Source of the DNA: an uncultured Chitinophagales bacterium
GTDB taxonomy: Bacteria > Bacteroidota > Rhodothermia > Balneolales > HLUCCA01
DNA length: 64,000 nucleotides
Direction: 5' to 3'
NCBI GenBank assembly: GCA_964509715.1
Contig: CAZDYD010000003.1
Coordinates: 1,436-65,435 of the forward strand
Shown: positions 1 to 9,757 of the stretch, one piece after another
Layout of the letters: the number at the start of each line of letters is the position of its first letter
How positions within the stretch are numbered: position 1 is the first letter of the stretch
Notes under the pieces: model-generated
Seen by the model: the letters and a program-made list of their open reading frames with translations, nothing else
Databases searched by the model: none
What the model was told of the DNA's origin: nothing
Program-made: the position numbers and the translations under genes

Positions 1-2
1 GT

Positions 3-185
3 ACAACTGCAAGCCGCGACGAAGTTGAGATCTCAAGAATCAACGTAGGCGGTGGCTGGTTCATGACCAAAAACATATTGACCAAAGTGGAATACGTGAC
101 CCAAAAATACGACGGCTATACAACTGGCTTCTTTAACGGAGGCAAGTTCAGCGGATTCATGCTGGAAGCTGTGATAAGCTTCTAA
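3..185 (+). CDS. 3' end of a gene for an outer-membrane beta-barrel (porin-like) protein; the 5' part lies upstream of the window
   Basis: The frame is open from the window edge to TAA at 183-185 (...YVTQKYDGYTTGFFNGGKFSGFMLEAVISF*). The alternating hydrophobic pattern and terminal Phe are typical of OM beta-barrels. A strong terminator follows. It is absent from the ORF track because no start lies in the window. Confidence 0.35.
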   Translation, partial: TTASRDEVEISRINVGGGWFMTKNILTKVEYVTQKYDGYTTGFFNGGKFSGFMLEAVISF

Positions 186-216
186 TAGCCGGAAAAAGCC
201 ACTTATTATACACCTC

Positions 217-250
217 AAAAAGCCCCGGCATGAAACCCGGGGCTTTTTTT
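217..250 (+). terminator. Rho-independent terminator, possibly bidirectional
   Basis: GCCCCGG (222-228) pairs with CCGGGGC (237-243) around an 8-nt loop. The stem is followed by T7 (244-250) and preceded by A5 (217-221). Confidence 0.75.
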
Positions 251-292
251 AAAGCAACCCGATAACTCTTGCGATTCATTCACTCCACCATC

Positions 293-673
293 ATGAAATC
301 CCAACGCATCTTATTGATCGAGCCAAACCGCGACATAGCGGATACGATTGCTGAGTTGTTGCGATCGATTGGCAAAGAGGTGAAAGTGATTCAGAATGTT
401 GATGTACTCATCAGCAACACCAGTTTTGAAAATTACGATATGATCATTGCCGATACCGACAACTTTTGCTCGTTCAATTTTGAATTAGCGAAACGCCGAC
501 GTGAAAGGCAGATCAAACCCCTTCTGTACATCATCGGATGTTACTGTATTCAGGACCGCACCCGTCAGCTTATCCAATTGGGCGTGGATGGAGTCTATGT
601 TAAACCGATCGATTTTGATGAAATGATGTTCGACATCGAACGTGTCTTGATGAAAGAAAAATTGGTTGGATAA
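293..673 (+). CDS. Stand-alone CheY-like receiver domain protein (atypical acidic pocket)
   Basis: ILLIEPNRD...YDMIIADTD...VYVKPIDFDEM fits the receiver fold with a putative phospho-Asp and the conserved K-P. The usual N-terminal DD pair is replaced by E-P. ATG at 293 is preferred over the TTG at 269 used by the track. Confidence 0.65.
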   Translation: MKSQRILLIEPNRDIADTIAELLRSIGKEVKVIQNVDVLISNTSFENYDMIIADTDNFCSFNFELAKRRRERQIKPLLYIIGCYCIQDRTRQLIQLGVDGVYVKPIDFDEMMFDIERVLMKEKLVG

Positions 674-756
674 AATCTGCTCGTTGGCCCAAATGACACC
701 AGATTAAACGTTCACGTACATTTATTTATATTTAAAAATGCGTATTTTCGTGCATT

Positions 757-2046
757 ATGAATATAAATACCAGCAAAGAACTGTTTATCCGAGCCTCAGA
801 AATTATTCCCGGAGGTGTGAATTCTCCGGTGCGAGCGTTCAAGGCCGTAGGTGGGACACCTGTTTTTTTCAAACGAGCTACCGGTGCCTATCTCATCGAT
901 GAAGATGATAATAAATATATCGATTATATCGGATCTTGGGGACCCATGATCCTTGGGCATGCCTATTCACCGGTAATAGATGCGATTAAATTGGCGGCCG
1001 AATCATCCACTTCATTTGGTGCTCCAACCAGATTGGAAGTCGAATTGGCTGAATTGATATTAGATATGGTCCCGTACATCGACAAGATCAGAATGGTCAA
1101 CTCCGGTACAGAAGCGTGTATGAGTGCTATTCGCGTGGCCAGAGGCTATACCGGTAGAAATAAAATCCTCAAGTTTGAAGGAAATTATCATGGACATGCC
1201 GATAGTTTTCTGATCAAAGCAGGTAGTGGTGCACTTACCCTCGGAACGCCCAGTAGTCCGGGTGTCACTCCCGGTACTGCGTCCGACACAATTTCTGCAC
1301 GGTATAATGATCTTGAACAAGTCCGTTCGATTTTCGCACGAGAAGGTAATGAAATGGCGGCCGTGATACTTGAGCCAGTCGCAGGAAATATGGGGTGTGT
1401 CCCACCGGAACCAGGTTTTTTGGATGGTTTGAGGATGTTATGCGATGAGTACGGGGCTTTGTTAATTTTTGATGAGGTGATGACGGGATTCCGTTTGGCA
1501 ATGGGTGGAGCTCAAGAACTTTTCGAAATCCAGGCAGATCTCGTGACGTTTGGAAAGATCATTGGTGCGGGACTCCCGGTTGGGGCCTATGGTGGTAAAG
1601 CCGAAATTATGAAAGTAGTTTCCCCCGACGGACCTGTTTATCAAGCTGGGACGTTGTCTGGTAACCCACTGGCAATGTCTGCAGGACTGGCTCTGCTAAC
1701 CGAACTTCGAAACAATCCAATGATATATACAGAGCTGGAAGAAAAAACAGCTTATCTGGAGAGTGGTTTACGAAACGCGTTGGAAAATGCTGGTTTTCCG
1801 TTCAGTATCAATCGGGTAGGATCCATGATTTCTGTATTCTTTTCCGATGTTCAAGCGACAAATTACGATACGGCAATCAAGACGGACCAAGAAAGGTTTA
1901 AGTCATATTTCCACTTCTTACTGGGTGAAGGAATATATCTACCCCCAGCAGCTTATGAGGCTTGGTTTGTTTCAAATGCTCACACATTTGCTGATCTTGA
2001 CCGAACGATTGAGGCTACTGAAGCTTGGGTTAAATCGATCCAGTGA
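757..2046 (+). CDS. hemL: Glutamate-1-semialdehyde 2,1-aminomutase
   Basis: The N-terminus [18 protein letters not shown], full length of 429 aa and class-III aminotransferase layout ([24 protein letters not shown]) match HemL. Confidence 0.97.
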   Translation: MNINTSKELFIRASEIIPGGVNSPVRAFKAVGGTPVFFKRATGAYLIDEDDNKYIDYIGSWGPMILGHAYSPVIDAIKLAAESSTSFGAPTRLEVELAELILDMVPYIDKIRMVNSGTEACMSAIRVARGYTGRNKILKFEGNYHGHADSFLIKAGSGALTLGTPSSPGVTPGTASDTISARYNDLEQVRSIFAREGNEMAAVILEPVAGNMGCVPPEPGFLDGLRMLCDEYGALLIFDEVMTGFRLAMGGAQELFEIQADLVTFGKIIGAGLPVGAYGGKAEIMKVVSPDGPVYQAGTLSGNPLAMSAGLALLTELRNNPMIYTELEEKTAYLESGLRNALENAGFPFSINRVGSMISVFFSDVQATNYDTAIKTDQERFKSYFHFLLGEGIYLPPAAYEAWFVSNAHTFADLDRTIEATEAWVKSIQ

Positions 2047-3320
2047 AAAATATCCGGCTCTTTACCGTTTTTCTTGTTGTATTGATCGACTTGATCGGTT
2101 TTGGCATTGTATTACCATTAATGCCGTTCTATGCATCCGAATTTGGAGCAAGTCCGGTGATGATCGGTTTACTATACAGTATTTATTCAGTAGCCCAGCT
2201 CATATTTTCACCTATTTGGGGCGGTTGGTCCGATAAGATTGGACGTCGTCCCATTATGCTGTTAAGTACCTTGGGTGCTTCAGTTGCCTATATCTTTTTT
2301 GGGTTAGCGGATACTTTTTTTCTGCTTTTGTTGTCCCGTCTGTTAGCAGGAGTAATGGGTGGAAACATCTCGACAGCTCAGGCTTATATCGCTGATGTAA
2401 CGAGTGTCAAGGACAGAGCAAGAGGAATGGGATTGATCGGTGCAGCCTTTGGACTGGGATTTGTTATGGGTCCCGCGTTAGCATCCGCTCTTATTCAGCC
2501 TGCAATTCCCGAATTTTTTGATCACCTCGGTATGACTGGATTAGCCACTTGGTTGGGTGATCATACATTTGCGCTTCCTGCATTTTTTGCGTCCATATTA
2601 TCATTCTTGAGCTTTTTATTGGTTTTTTTCAAACTCGAAGAGACGGTAAAACCAGGTGAAATAACAACATCCGGTGCAAAAGATGGGGTGTTTACCAAAG
2701 CATACTGGAAGAATCTGGCTGAAACCCGACAGGCGTCGACATCGGGAATGGTACTCATTTTATTGATGGGTGCTATGTTTGTTCTATCATTCGGTCAGGC
2801 AAGTTTGTATAGCGCATTTCCCTTGTTTTGTGAAGCTGTACTGAATATGACAGCGGCTCAGGTCGGCATCCAATTTTTCTGGCTCGGTATCATTACAGCA
2901 GTGATACAAGGGGGACTGATACGACCACTAACCAAAATATTCAAAGAAGAAACCTTGTTCCTGGTGGGGAATGTTTTAATGGCAACGGGATTGTTCCTGT
3001 TAGGAACAGCTGAATCAATTCCACAATTGACAGCTTATCTGGCATTGATGGCCATCGGGCATAGTCTGAACCTACCGACAGTAACCAGTCTTATATCGCA
3101 GCATGCCGATCCGAAAAGAATGGGAGCTACCATTGGAGCAACGCAAGGTCTATCGGGACTTGGACGAGCTATCGGACCCACCTGGGGTGGTTTTTTGTTC
3201 GGATTTGGAGTTGCCCTGCCATTTCTTATGACAGCTTTAGTTGTTTTATCAACCGTCTACATTGGATTCAGGGTACGAATGTCAACCGGAGTTCCTCATA
3301 AACAGGTCGATTCCGAGTAA
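2043..3320 (+). CDS. MFS transporter (TetA-like drug/H+ antiporter type)
   Basis: About 12 hydrophobic segments and MFS motif A ([15 protein letters not shown]). The start forms a GTGA overlap with the hemL stop. Confidence 0.9.
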   Translation: MKNIRLFTVFLVVLIDLIGFGIVLPLMPFYASEFGASPVMIGLLYSIYSVAQLIFSPIWGGWSDKIGRRPIMLLSTLGASVAYIFFGLADTFFLLLLSRLLAGVMGGNISTAQAYIADVTSVKDRARGMGLIGAAFGLGFVMGPALASALIQPAIPEFFDHLGMTGLATWLGDHTFALPAFFASILSFLSFLLVFFKLEETVKPGEITTSGAKDGVFTKAYWKNLAETRQASTSGMVLILLMGAMFVLSFGQASLYSAFPLFCEAVLNMTAAQVGIQFFWLGIITAVIQGGLIRPLTKIFKEETLFLVGNVLMATGLFLLGTAESIPQLTAYLALMAIGHSLNLPTVTSLISQHADPKRMGATIGATQGLSGLGRAIGPTWGGFLFGFGVALPFLMTALVVLSTVYIGFRVRMSTGVPHKQVDSE

Positions 3321-3506
3321 CATCAACAAAGCGATCTGAACTAGGGCGAGAATACTGAACAAGATCAGTTTATACAAAACCATCAAATAATCTTGCTTGG
3401 AATTGAGATTCTTCGGCAACCAGTATCCTTTTTTATACATGATATAGGTCGATCCAATAGACGAGATAAAAAACACTGCAATAAATATCAGAAATTTGAC
3501 AATCAC
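3282..3506 (-). CDS. Hypothetical small two-TM membrane protein
   Basis: 74-aa ORF with two hydrophobic helices, 37 nt downstream of the protoporphyrinogen oxidase gene on the same strand. Its 3' end overlaps the convergent MFS gene by 39 nt. No recognisable motif. Confidence 0.3.
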   Translation of the reverse strand: MIVKFLIFIAVFFISSIGSTYIMYKKGYWLPKNLNSKQDYLMVLYKLILFSILALVQIALLMLLGIDLFMRNSG

Positions 3507-3543
3507 GGGATTCGGTAGATTTTTGGGGTGTTTTGGGTACTAA

Positions 3544-4974
3544 CTATACGAGAGTATGGTTCCAAGAGTTTCGGATGCAGGCGTCCAATGAGATGCCAGT
3601 GCGATAATTGCCTGTAAAATAGAAACCTGGATTCAAATCCTCAATAGATTTCATCCGGTCCAGATACTCTTGAAAACCGGTTTCATATTGAGGTATCGCT
3701 TTTTTCCACCTGAAAAGTGAGCTGAACTGTACTTCACCGGAAATTCCGATGAGCTTGTTGAGGTCGGTAATGACGAGATCTTTGATTTCTGAATCCGGCA
3801 AATGTACCAGTTCCGGACTGCGCATTCCTCCTACAAAAGCGGTCATAGTTACATATCCATCCGGTGCTCTGTGTGGAAAAATTGATGATGTGAACAGACA
3901 GCCAAGTATATTGAAATGCTCGACTTCCGGAATCAATATCCCAAATCCATCAAGTGGATGCCGAATATGATCTTTTTTGAATCCAAGAGTGAGTGTGACC
4001 ACTGGAGCGTACGTCATATCGGATATTAATGCATCGGGTAACCCCGGCATGTCCTGAAACTGTATATCATTCAGGTGCCACATAGTCCCGGCATAAACTA
4101 CTCTGTCGATATGAAACTCGTTGGTTATTTCGGGTAATTTAAGTCCAAGGGGTTGCATATCTGCTACCGGACGGGCTTTTTCAACTGATGGTGACCGGGA
4201 TGAATCCGTTGTTATGACAGAGAAAGATCGATCAGAGAACCGCCTGACAGAGAGTACTTTCTGATTTAACAGTAAATTACTTCCAAGTTTGTTGGCAAGT
4301 TCATTAGTCAGTTCCCCCAGTCCATTTGGGAACGACAATACACGCTTGCGATAGCTGGTTTTACCTGATTTTCTATTCTGCCTCATTCGTCCTAATGCTC
4401 CCTTGATGAGCGAACCAAACTCGGTTTCGAGTGCATAAACTTTAGGGAAAGCATGTCTAACCGATAATTTTTCCGGTCGACCAGCATATATGCCTCCAAC
4501 CATTGGGTTTATCGTATAATCCAAAAACTCATTACCAAGTCGACGACTCACAAACGATGCCAAGTCTTCATCAAAGCCGGGTTCAGATTGAGGTGCACTT
4601 CGAAATGGTTCTGCAAGTACATTGAATTTAGCTGCCAGGCTGAACAGGGGGGTAGTGATAGCTGTTAGAGGCGAATTTGGAACAAGAACCGGTTTCTTGT
4701 TTCTTACGATGAATCTTCTCTTAGCTTCGGTTGACGCTTCAATAAGACGTGGTGTCAGACCCAGGCTCTCAACCAGCTCAGAAACAGAGTGGTCTGAGTC
4801 TTGGATGGAGTTTGGTCCATTCTCAGCGAGCCACTCCCCGGATCGTTCTGATCTGATTGCACCACCTACATTGGATGAAGCCTCCCATACGGTAACCCGA
4901 TGTCCCTGAAGTTGCAGTTTCCATGCCAGCGTAAGCCCGCTTATGCCAGCGCCTATGATTCCAAAATGTGCCAT
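3544..4974 (-). CDS. hemY: FAD-dependent protoporphyrinogen/coproporphyrinogen III oxidase (HemY type)
   Basis: N-terminal dinucleotide fold FGIIGAGISGLTLAWKL...VWEASSNVGGAIRS, 476 aa, and the C-terminal FTGNYRTGISLDACI motif typical of PPOX. Confidence 0.9.
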   Translation of the reverse strand: MAHFGIIGAGISGLTLAWKLQLQGHRVTVWEASSNVGGAIRSERSGEWLAENGPNSIQDSDHSVSELVESLGLTPRLIEASTEAKRRFIVRNKKPVLVPNSPLTAITTPLFSLAAKFNVLAEPFRSAPQSEPGFDEDLASFVSRRLGNEFLDYTINPMVGGIYAGRPEKLSVRHAFPKVYALETEFGSLIKGALGRMRQNRKSGKTSYRKRVLSFPNGLGELTNELANKLGSNLLLNQKVLSVRRFSDRSFSVITTDSSRSPSVEKARPVADMQPLGLKLPEITNEFHIDRVVYAGTMWHLNDIQFQDMPGLPDALISDMTYAPVVTLTLGFKKDHIRHPLDGFGILIPEVEHFNILGCLFTSSIFPHRAPDGYVTMTAFVGGMRSPELVHLPDSEIKDLVITDLNKLIGISGEVQFSSLFRWKKAIPQYETGFQEYLDRMKSIEDLNPGFYFTGNYRTGISLDACIRNSWNHTLV

Positions 4975-5102
4975 GATATTTCTATTTATGAACGAATATA
5001 CGCATAGTCGCGGAAAATGCGGGTAGATTTCGGTTGCATGAGGTATTATATAAGCTAATTTTATCTTAAATTGAAGTATTGATATTTACATCATCCGACC
5101 CA

Positions 5103-5783
5103 ATGAATCGTCGTACTATCATACTTATCGTAGTCTTTATGGCTTTCTTTTCGGAGCTATTTGGGCAGAATCAGGTCGAAGTGCCATTTAGTACCACTGA
5201 CAAAAACCTCACAGTATGGACTGGTGGGCAGTTTGAATCTATTTTTATAAAAGGGGTCAATCTTGGTGTCGGACTACCAGGAACTCAGGTGTGGGATCTT
5301 GCTGCAAGCAGGAGTGATTATGCACGTTGGTTTCCGATGATGAGCGCAGCTGGATTCAATACGATTCGAGTTTTTACGTTGCACTTCCCGCATTTTTATG
5401 AAGAGCTTGCAAAATACAATCAAAACAATCCGGATCGCCCACTATACTTGATCCAAGGAATCTGGTTGGAAGAAGAAATTCCTGGCTATATGGATAATCT
5501 GTATCAATTTACTGAGATATTCGACCAGGAAATCATTGAGAACGTTCGTGCGATTCATGGGGGAATGCGCATTATGCCCGGGAACGGGCAATTCAGGATA
5601 CAGGGTAACGGATTTATTGACTCTATCGAGCTGTATACTATAGACGGCCGCTTGGTACACAAACAGTCTGTGAATGATTCGCATACAGTTATCACCCGTA
5701 CCGATCTTGCAACAGGGATTTACTTTGTCCGTGCCCATATGGGTGACCAGATATCGGTCCTTAGGTTTACAATTCTAAGATAA
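5103..5783 (+). CDS. Secreted protein: short glycoside-hydrolase-like (TIM-barrel N-terminal strands) fragment fused to a T9SS C-terminal sorting domain
   Basis: Signal peptide MNRRTIILIVVFMAFFSELFGQ. IKGVNLGVGLPG...AGFNTIRVF...LYLIQGIWLEEE resembles the first strands of clan GH-A hydrolases. The C-terminus IELYTIDGRLVHKQSV...LATGIYFVRAHMGDQISVLRFTILR is a classic Por/T9SS CTD. ATG at 5103 is preferred over TTG at 5079. Confidence 0.7.
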   Translation: MNRRTIILIVVFMAFFSELFGQNQVEVPFSTTDKNLTVWTGGQFESIFIKGVNLGVGLPGTQVWDLAASRSDYARWFPMMSAAGFNTIRVFTLHFPHFYEELAKYNQNNPDRPLYLIQGIWLEEEIPGYMDNLYQFTEIFDQEIIENVRAIHGGMRIMPGNGQFRIQGNGFIDSIELYTIDGRLVHKQSVNDSHTVITRTDLATGIYFVRAHMGDQISVLRFTILR

Positions 5784-5956
5784 CTTAATGAATACAAGTA
5801 TGTTAGTAGTAGCATCAATAGATACAACCCGCTTAGTTTTTATTTAGATTAATTATGTATAGCGATTGACATTGGGTTTTTCAGGCTTTAATTTAGACGT
5901 GTTCAAAATAAGAACACCAATCTGCCGATAAAATATTAACTCAATAATCAAACGTG

Positions 5957-8188
5957 ATGTTAGCTTCTCATATTAAGATATTATTTACCATTTGCCTGCT
6001 TTTATGGATTCCGGTCACGGTATTTTCGATACAAAAATCCGGAACTGATGTATCAAAACAATTTAACACTGAAACAACTGCTGATGCCGACACTATGAAA
6101 ACGGGTGTCATGCCCCAGATCGAAGTCATCGGGATTCAACAAAGGTTTATTAGAATACCCGGATCAGCAGAACTCATAAATCTTCAACAGCTCAAATCCA
6201 TTGCCCCGATGAGTGGGAACGAGGTCATCCGCAGCATATCCGGTATCCATGTAGTTGATGAAGAGGGACTTGGACTTCGAGCAAACATCGGAATTCGCGG
6301 ATTGGATCCGGACCGAAGTCGTACCGTGCTTATACTTGAGGATGGGGTCCCAGTTGCTTTGGCACCCTATGGTGAACCTGAAATGTATTATACTCCGTCA
6401 ATGGACAGGATGGTTGGCCTCGAAGTACTCAAAGGGAGTGGTTCCATTCTTTTTGGCCCACAGACATTTGGTGGAGTGATTAACTATCTTACGGCAAATC
6501 CTCCTGCTGTTCCAACTACTACCGGACAACTGCGCTATGGTGATGGAGGCTATCTTGTTGGGAAACTGGGGTATGGTACCACCTTTGGGAATACGGGATT
6601 TCAAGCTACATATGTCCGTAAGCAAGGCGAGAATGTGGGTTTAATTGATTATGGGATTCATGATTTCAACACGAAATTCCGTCTCGTGTTAGCTGAAAAC
6701 TCGGTGCTCGGTTTCAAGTTTGGTTTTTATGACGAGCAATCCAATTCAACCTACGTTGGACTCACACAATCTATGTACGATTCAGGAAATTATTACTTCA
6801 CACAACTTGCTCCCGATGATAACCTGAGCATCCGTCGATACAATGTGTCGGTTACCCATGACCACCATTTCAGTGATGATCTAAGACTCCGTACCACAGC
6901 ATTCGGATATACCACTACAAGAGACTGGGCAAGACAGGATTTTGACAATGTACCCGTCCAAGGCAGGGTCTATGATAGAATTGTAGGTGATCCATCCACA
7001 GGATTTGGTGCCATCTACTTCAGAAATACAACAGGTAACCGTAACCGACAATTTGAAGTATTGGGAATTGAGCCAAGATTGAGTGCCAATTATGATATAT
7101 CATCAATTAAGAATGAACTCGATCTGGGGATCAGATATTTGTACGAGCGAGCTTTTGAACAATATATCATAGGTACTCCAACACAACCGACTTCCGGAAC
7201 CCTACGTGATGATGAAATAAGAACCGGGCGTGCATTTAGTGCATACATTCAGAACAGGGTCTATGTATCAGAAAAATTTACGATGACTCCCGGATTACGT
7301 TTTGAATACTTTGATTATGAGCGTGATATTTTCAGGGTATCAAATGCGGAGGTTGACATTACAACTTCCCGTGCTATATCAGAGCTCATTCCTGGCATTG
7401 GATTTAATTATATTCTTACAGGCAACAGTTCAATTTTTGCAGGAGTTCACCGTGGATTTGGTCCACCAAAGACCAAAGATGCAATCTCGACCTCTGGTGT
7501 AGCAGAAGATCTGGATGCAGAGTATAGTTGGAACTATGAATTGGGTGTGCGTACAACCCCAAATGCACATTTGGGGCTTGACATTACTTATTTCTACATG
7601 GATTTTTCGAACCAGATCATACCAGTGTCTGAGTCCTCTGGTGGAGTTGGGACAGGTCTGTCTGGTCTTGTGAACGGAGGTGAGACACGTCACAGCGGAG
7701 TCGAGGCTACCATCTTAGCCGATTTTGGTGGAATGCTCGATTTAAATACAGGCTTATCATTTCGTTCATCTATAACTTATGTTAATTCTGAATTCAACAA
7801 CGACAGATTTGTGATGGCAGGTGGAGAGTTGGTTAATGTAAAAGGCAACTCATTGCCTTATGCACCCGAATTGTTCCTGAATTCACGAGTTGATCTTACG
7901 TTTCTATTTGGATTGAGTTTGGGATTAGAACATATATATGTTTCTGAACAATACTCAGACCTCATCAACTCAGAAGCTGGGTCGGCCAACGGACGTACAG
8001 GGCAAATTCCATCCTATTCTGTTTTTAACTCTGTTGTAACATATGAAATTCCTGGAGTTCAAGGATTAAGTCTTACCGGTTCTGTTAAAAATATCTTCGA
8101 CGAACGCTATATTGTGTCGAGACGTCCACAGGGAATCCGTCCCGGACTATCAAGATTTGTAACTATTGGAATGGACTTCAGTTTTTAA
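5957..8188 (+). CDS. TonB-dependent outer-membrane receptor
   Basis: Signal peptide, plug domain (IRGLDPDRSRTVLILEDGVP...VLKGSGSILFGPQTFGGVINY), a long beta-barrel and a terminal aromatic residue (GMDFSF*). Confidence 0.9.
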   Translation: MLASHIKILFTICLLLWIPVTVFSIQKSGTDVSKQFNTETTADADTMKTGVMPQIEVIGIQQRFIRIPGSAELINLQQLKSIAPMSGNEVIRSISGIHVVDEEGLGLRANIGIRGLDPDRSRTVLILEDGVPVALAPYGEPEMYYTPSMDRMVGLEVLKGSGSILFGPQTFGGVINYLTANPPAVPTTTGQLRYGDGGYLVGKLGYGTTFGNTGFQATYVRKQGENVGLIDYGIHDFNTKFRLVLAENSVLGFKFGFYDEQSNSTYVGLTQSMYDSGNYYFTQLAPDDNLSIRRYNVSVTHDHHFSDDLRLRTTAFGYTTTRDWARQDFDNVPVQGRVYDRIVGDPSTGFGAIYFRNTTGNRNRQFEVLGIEPRLSANYDISSIKNELDLGIRYLYERAFEQYIIGTPTQPTSGTLRDDEIRTGRAFSAYIQNRVYVSEKFTMTPGLRFEYFDYERDIFRVSNAEVDITTSRAISELIPGIGFNYILTGNSSIFAGVHRGFGPPKTKDAISTSGVAEDLDAEYSWNYELGVRTTPNAHLGLDITYFYMDFSNQIIPVSESSGGVGTGLSGLVNGGETRHSGVEATILADFGGMLDLNTGLSFRSSITYVNSEFNNDRFVMAGGELVNVKGNSLPYAPELFLNSRVDLTFLFGLSLGLEHIYVSEQYSDLINSEAGSANGRTGQIPSYSVFNSVVTYEIPGVQGLSLTGSVKNIFDERYIVSRRPQGIRPGLSRFVTIGMDFSF

Positions 8189-8242
8189 TTGATATCTTCT
8201 GACCAATATTCACAAACTCGTACAAATTAAATTAGCAAAGAT

Positions 8243-8614
8243 ATGAGCGAAAAGACCAGACTTCAGCAATTTCGTGAGAAAAGAGCCATACTGAACGATA
8301 AGATATTTGCATTGAATCATCTCGGAGTAAAGAGGTTTTTTAACCTGGACTCCAACACCTATAGAGATGGTGCATTGGATGGACGCACGAAGGAATTACT
8401 GGGTCTGGTCGCTTCGGCTGTTCTCAGGTGTAACGATTGCATCGATTATCACCTGGAACAGTGTTACAAACAGGGCTGGACGAAAGAAGAAATGATCGAT
8501 GCAATGAATGTTGCGCTTGTGGTTGGTGGAAGTATCGTTATACCACATTTTAGACACGCAGTAGAGACGATTGAAATACTGGAATCAGAGTCAAAAAGTA
8601 TAACCGATTCCTAA
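8243..8614 (+). CDS. Carboxymuconolactone decarboxylase / AhpD-like family protein
   Basis: 123 aa with the AhpD-core CxxC motif (LRCNDCIDYHLEQC). Confidence 0.85.
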   Translation: MSEKTRLQQFREKRAILNDKIFALNHLGVKRFFNLDSNTYRDGALDGRTKELLGLVASAVLRCNDCIDYHLEQCYKQGWTKEEMIDAMNVALVVGGSIVIPHFRHAVETIEILESESKSITDS

Positions 8615-9739
8615 ATAAAACCGAGAGATTTCATCCGAAAAACCTAAATCGGCTCTGACGATAAAATCATTGGAGAAAACGGACATCGCTGCGCCGAGCC
8701 CAAAAGTCTGTTTGTGGGATTTAAAAAAATCTCGAGTGATTTTATCGCTTTCGAATACCCGACCTCCGTCCATAAAGAGTTGTCCGCCAAGTCTGAATTC
8801 GTACTCAGGAAACTGTATCAACCAGGTACGGAGTTCGGTTGTATAATATAATGCGGCATCTCCAATGAATCTTCCTTCGGCGTATCCCCTCATTGAGAAC
8901 TCCCCTCCTACACGGGGCAATCTCCAGAATGGGGTGTCGCCCCAGGATTGATGATATCCAAGCTTAAGGGCTGCTGTCACCGGGAATATCAAAATTTTTT
9001 GTGTTGCATATTGAGCTGCTTCGAATTGGATCTGACGAGAGGAATTTGCCATTATGATACCAGGTGCCATTCGAAATTCAAGTCGTGCTTTGTTCCCTTT
9101 GGTTGGTGCAAACTCACTATCGCGGTTTTCCCAAACCAACCCGGTACCGGTTTCCCAAACCCAAAGTCCATCCACAAATGCAGGTCTTGTTTCACTCAGT
9201 AAATTCTCACTTTCATTGACCTGAGGTTGCTGAGTTGACAGATTGGTTACGGCTACTACATCAAGCTGTCCTCTTCCACCATATTTTGGAGTCCATATTT
9301 TCTTTCGAGCATATAATTCAACAACCCCGAAGTATGTCTCATAAAAGTAGTAAGATTCAGCAAAGCGTGTATCGTCGAATGGCGTATCATTTCCGAATCC
9401 AAAATAAGTTGCTTCTTTGATCCTGCCGAAACTCAGAATGGACCGAGTTCTTACCTGTGTATTGAATGACTCGAGTTGGTCATATTGTACAGCAAATGAA
9501 AATAATCCTTTTGTTGTGGCGATTCCCGAAGCCTGCAGCATATTTCTGAATGGAGCCTTACCCTCTTCATAATGGGCCCGTTGAAGTACACCCCCACCGA
9601 TAAAGCCAGTATCGGAAGAGTAGCCGAGTGCGGGAAGGAACCCAACTTTTACTGAATCTCTGGATTGCGCATATATTGAATTTCCTGAGCTGATCAATAA
9701 CAAGATGATAAGTACGAATCCGATTCTGAATGACATCAA
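8591..9739 (-). CDS. Omp85/BamA-family (bacterial surface antigen D15) beta-barrel protein without POTRA domains
   Basis: Signal peptide ending ...SIYAQ, Gly/aromatic-rich beta-strand pattern, RGYAEGRFIGD motif and terminal GIGYTF*. Confidence 0.65.
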   Translation of the reverse strand: MMSFRIGFVLIILLLISSGNSIYAQSRDSVKVGFLPALGYSSDTGFIGGGVLQRAHYEEGKAPFRNMLQASGIATTKGLFSFAVQYDQLESFNTQVRTRSILSFGRIKEATYFGFGNDTPFDDTRFAESYYFYETYFGVVELYARKKIWTPKYGGRGQLDVVAVTNLSTQQPQVNESENLLSETRPAFVDGLWVWETGTGLVWENRDSEFAPTKGNKARLEFRMAPGIIMANSSRQIQFEAAQYATQKILIFPVTAALKLGYHQSWGDTPFWRLPRVGGEFSMRGYAEGRFIGDAALYYTTELRTWLIQFPEYEFRLGGQLFMDGGRVFESDKITRDFFKSHKQTFGLGAAMSVFSNDFIVRADLGFSDEISRFYLGIGYTF

Positions 9740-9757
9740 TTACACTTTCTATTCTGG

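Noticed and set aside
33-218. 61-aa minus-strand ORF at the window start
   Set aside because: The + strand frame here reads as a plausible beta-barrel C-terminus ending just before a strong terminator. The minus ORF has no support.
1847-2236. 129-aa + strand ORF bridging hemL and the MFS gene
   Set aside because: It is out of frame with both well-supported genes and fully overlapped by them.
5784-5953. Possible riboswitch (for example cobalamin) upstream of the TonB-dependent receptor
   Set aside because: I see no B12-box-like or other recognisable riboswitch core in this AT-rich 170-nt leader. No conserved helices are evident by eye.
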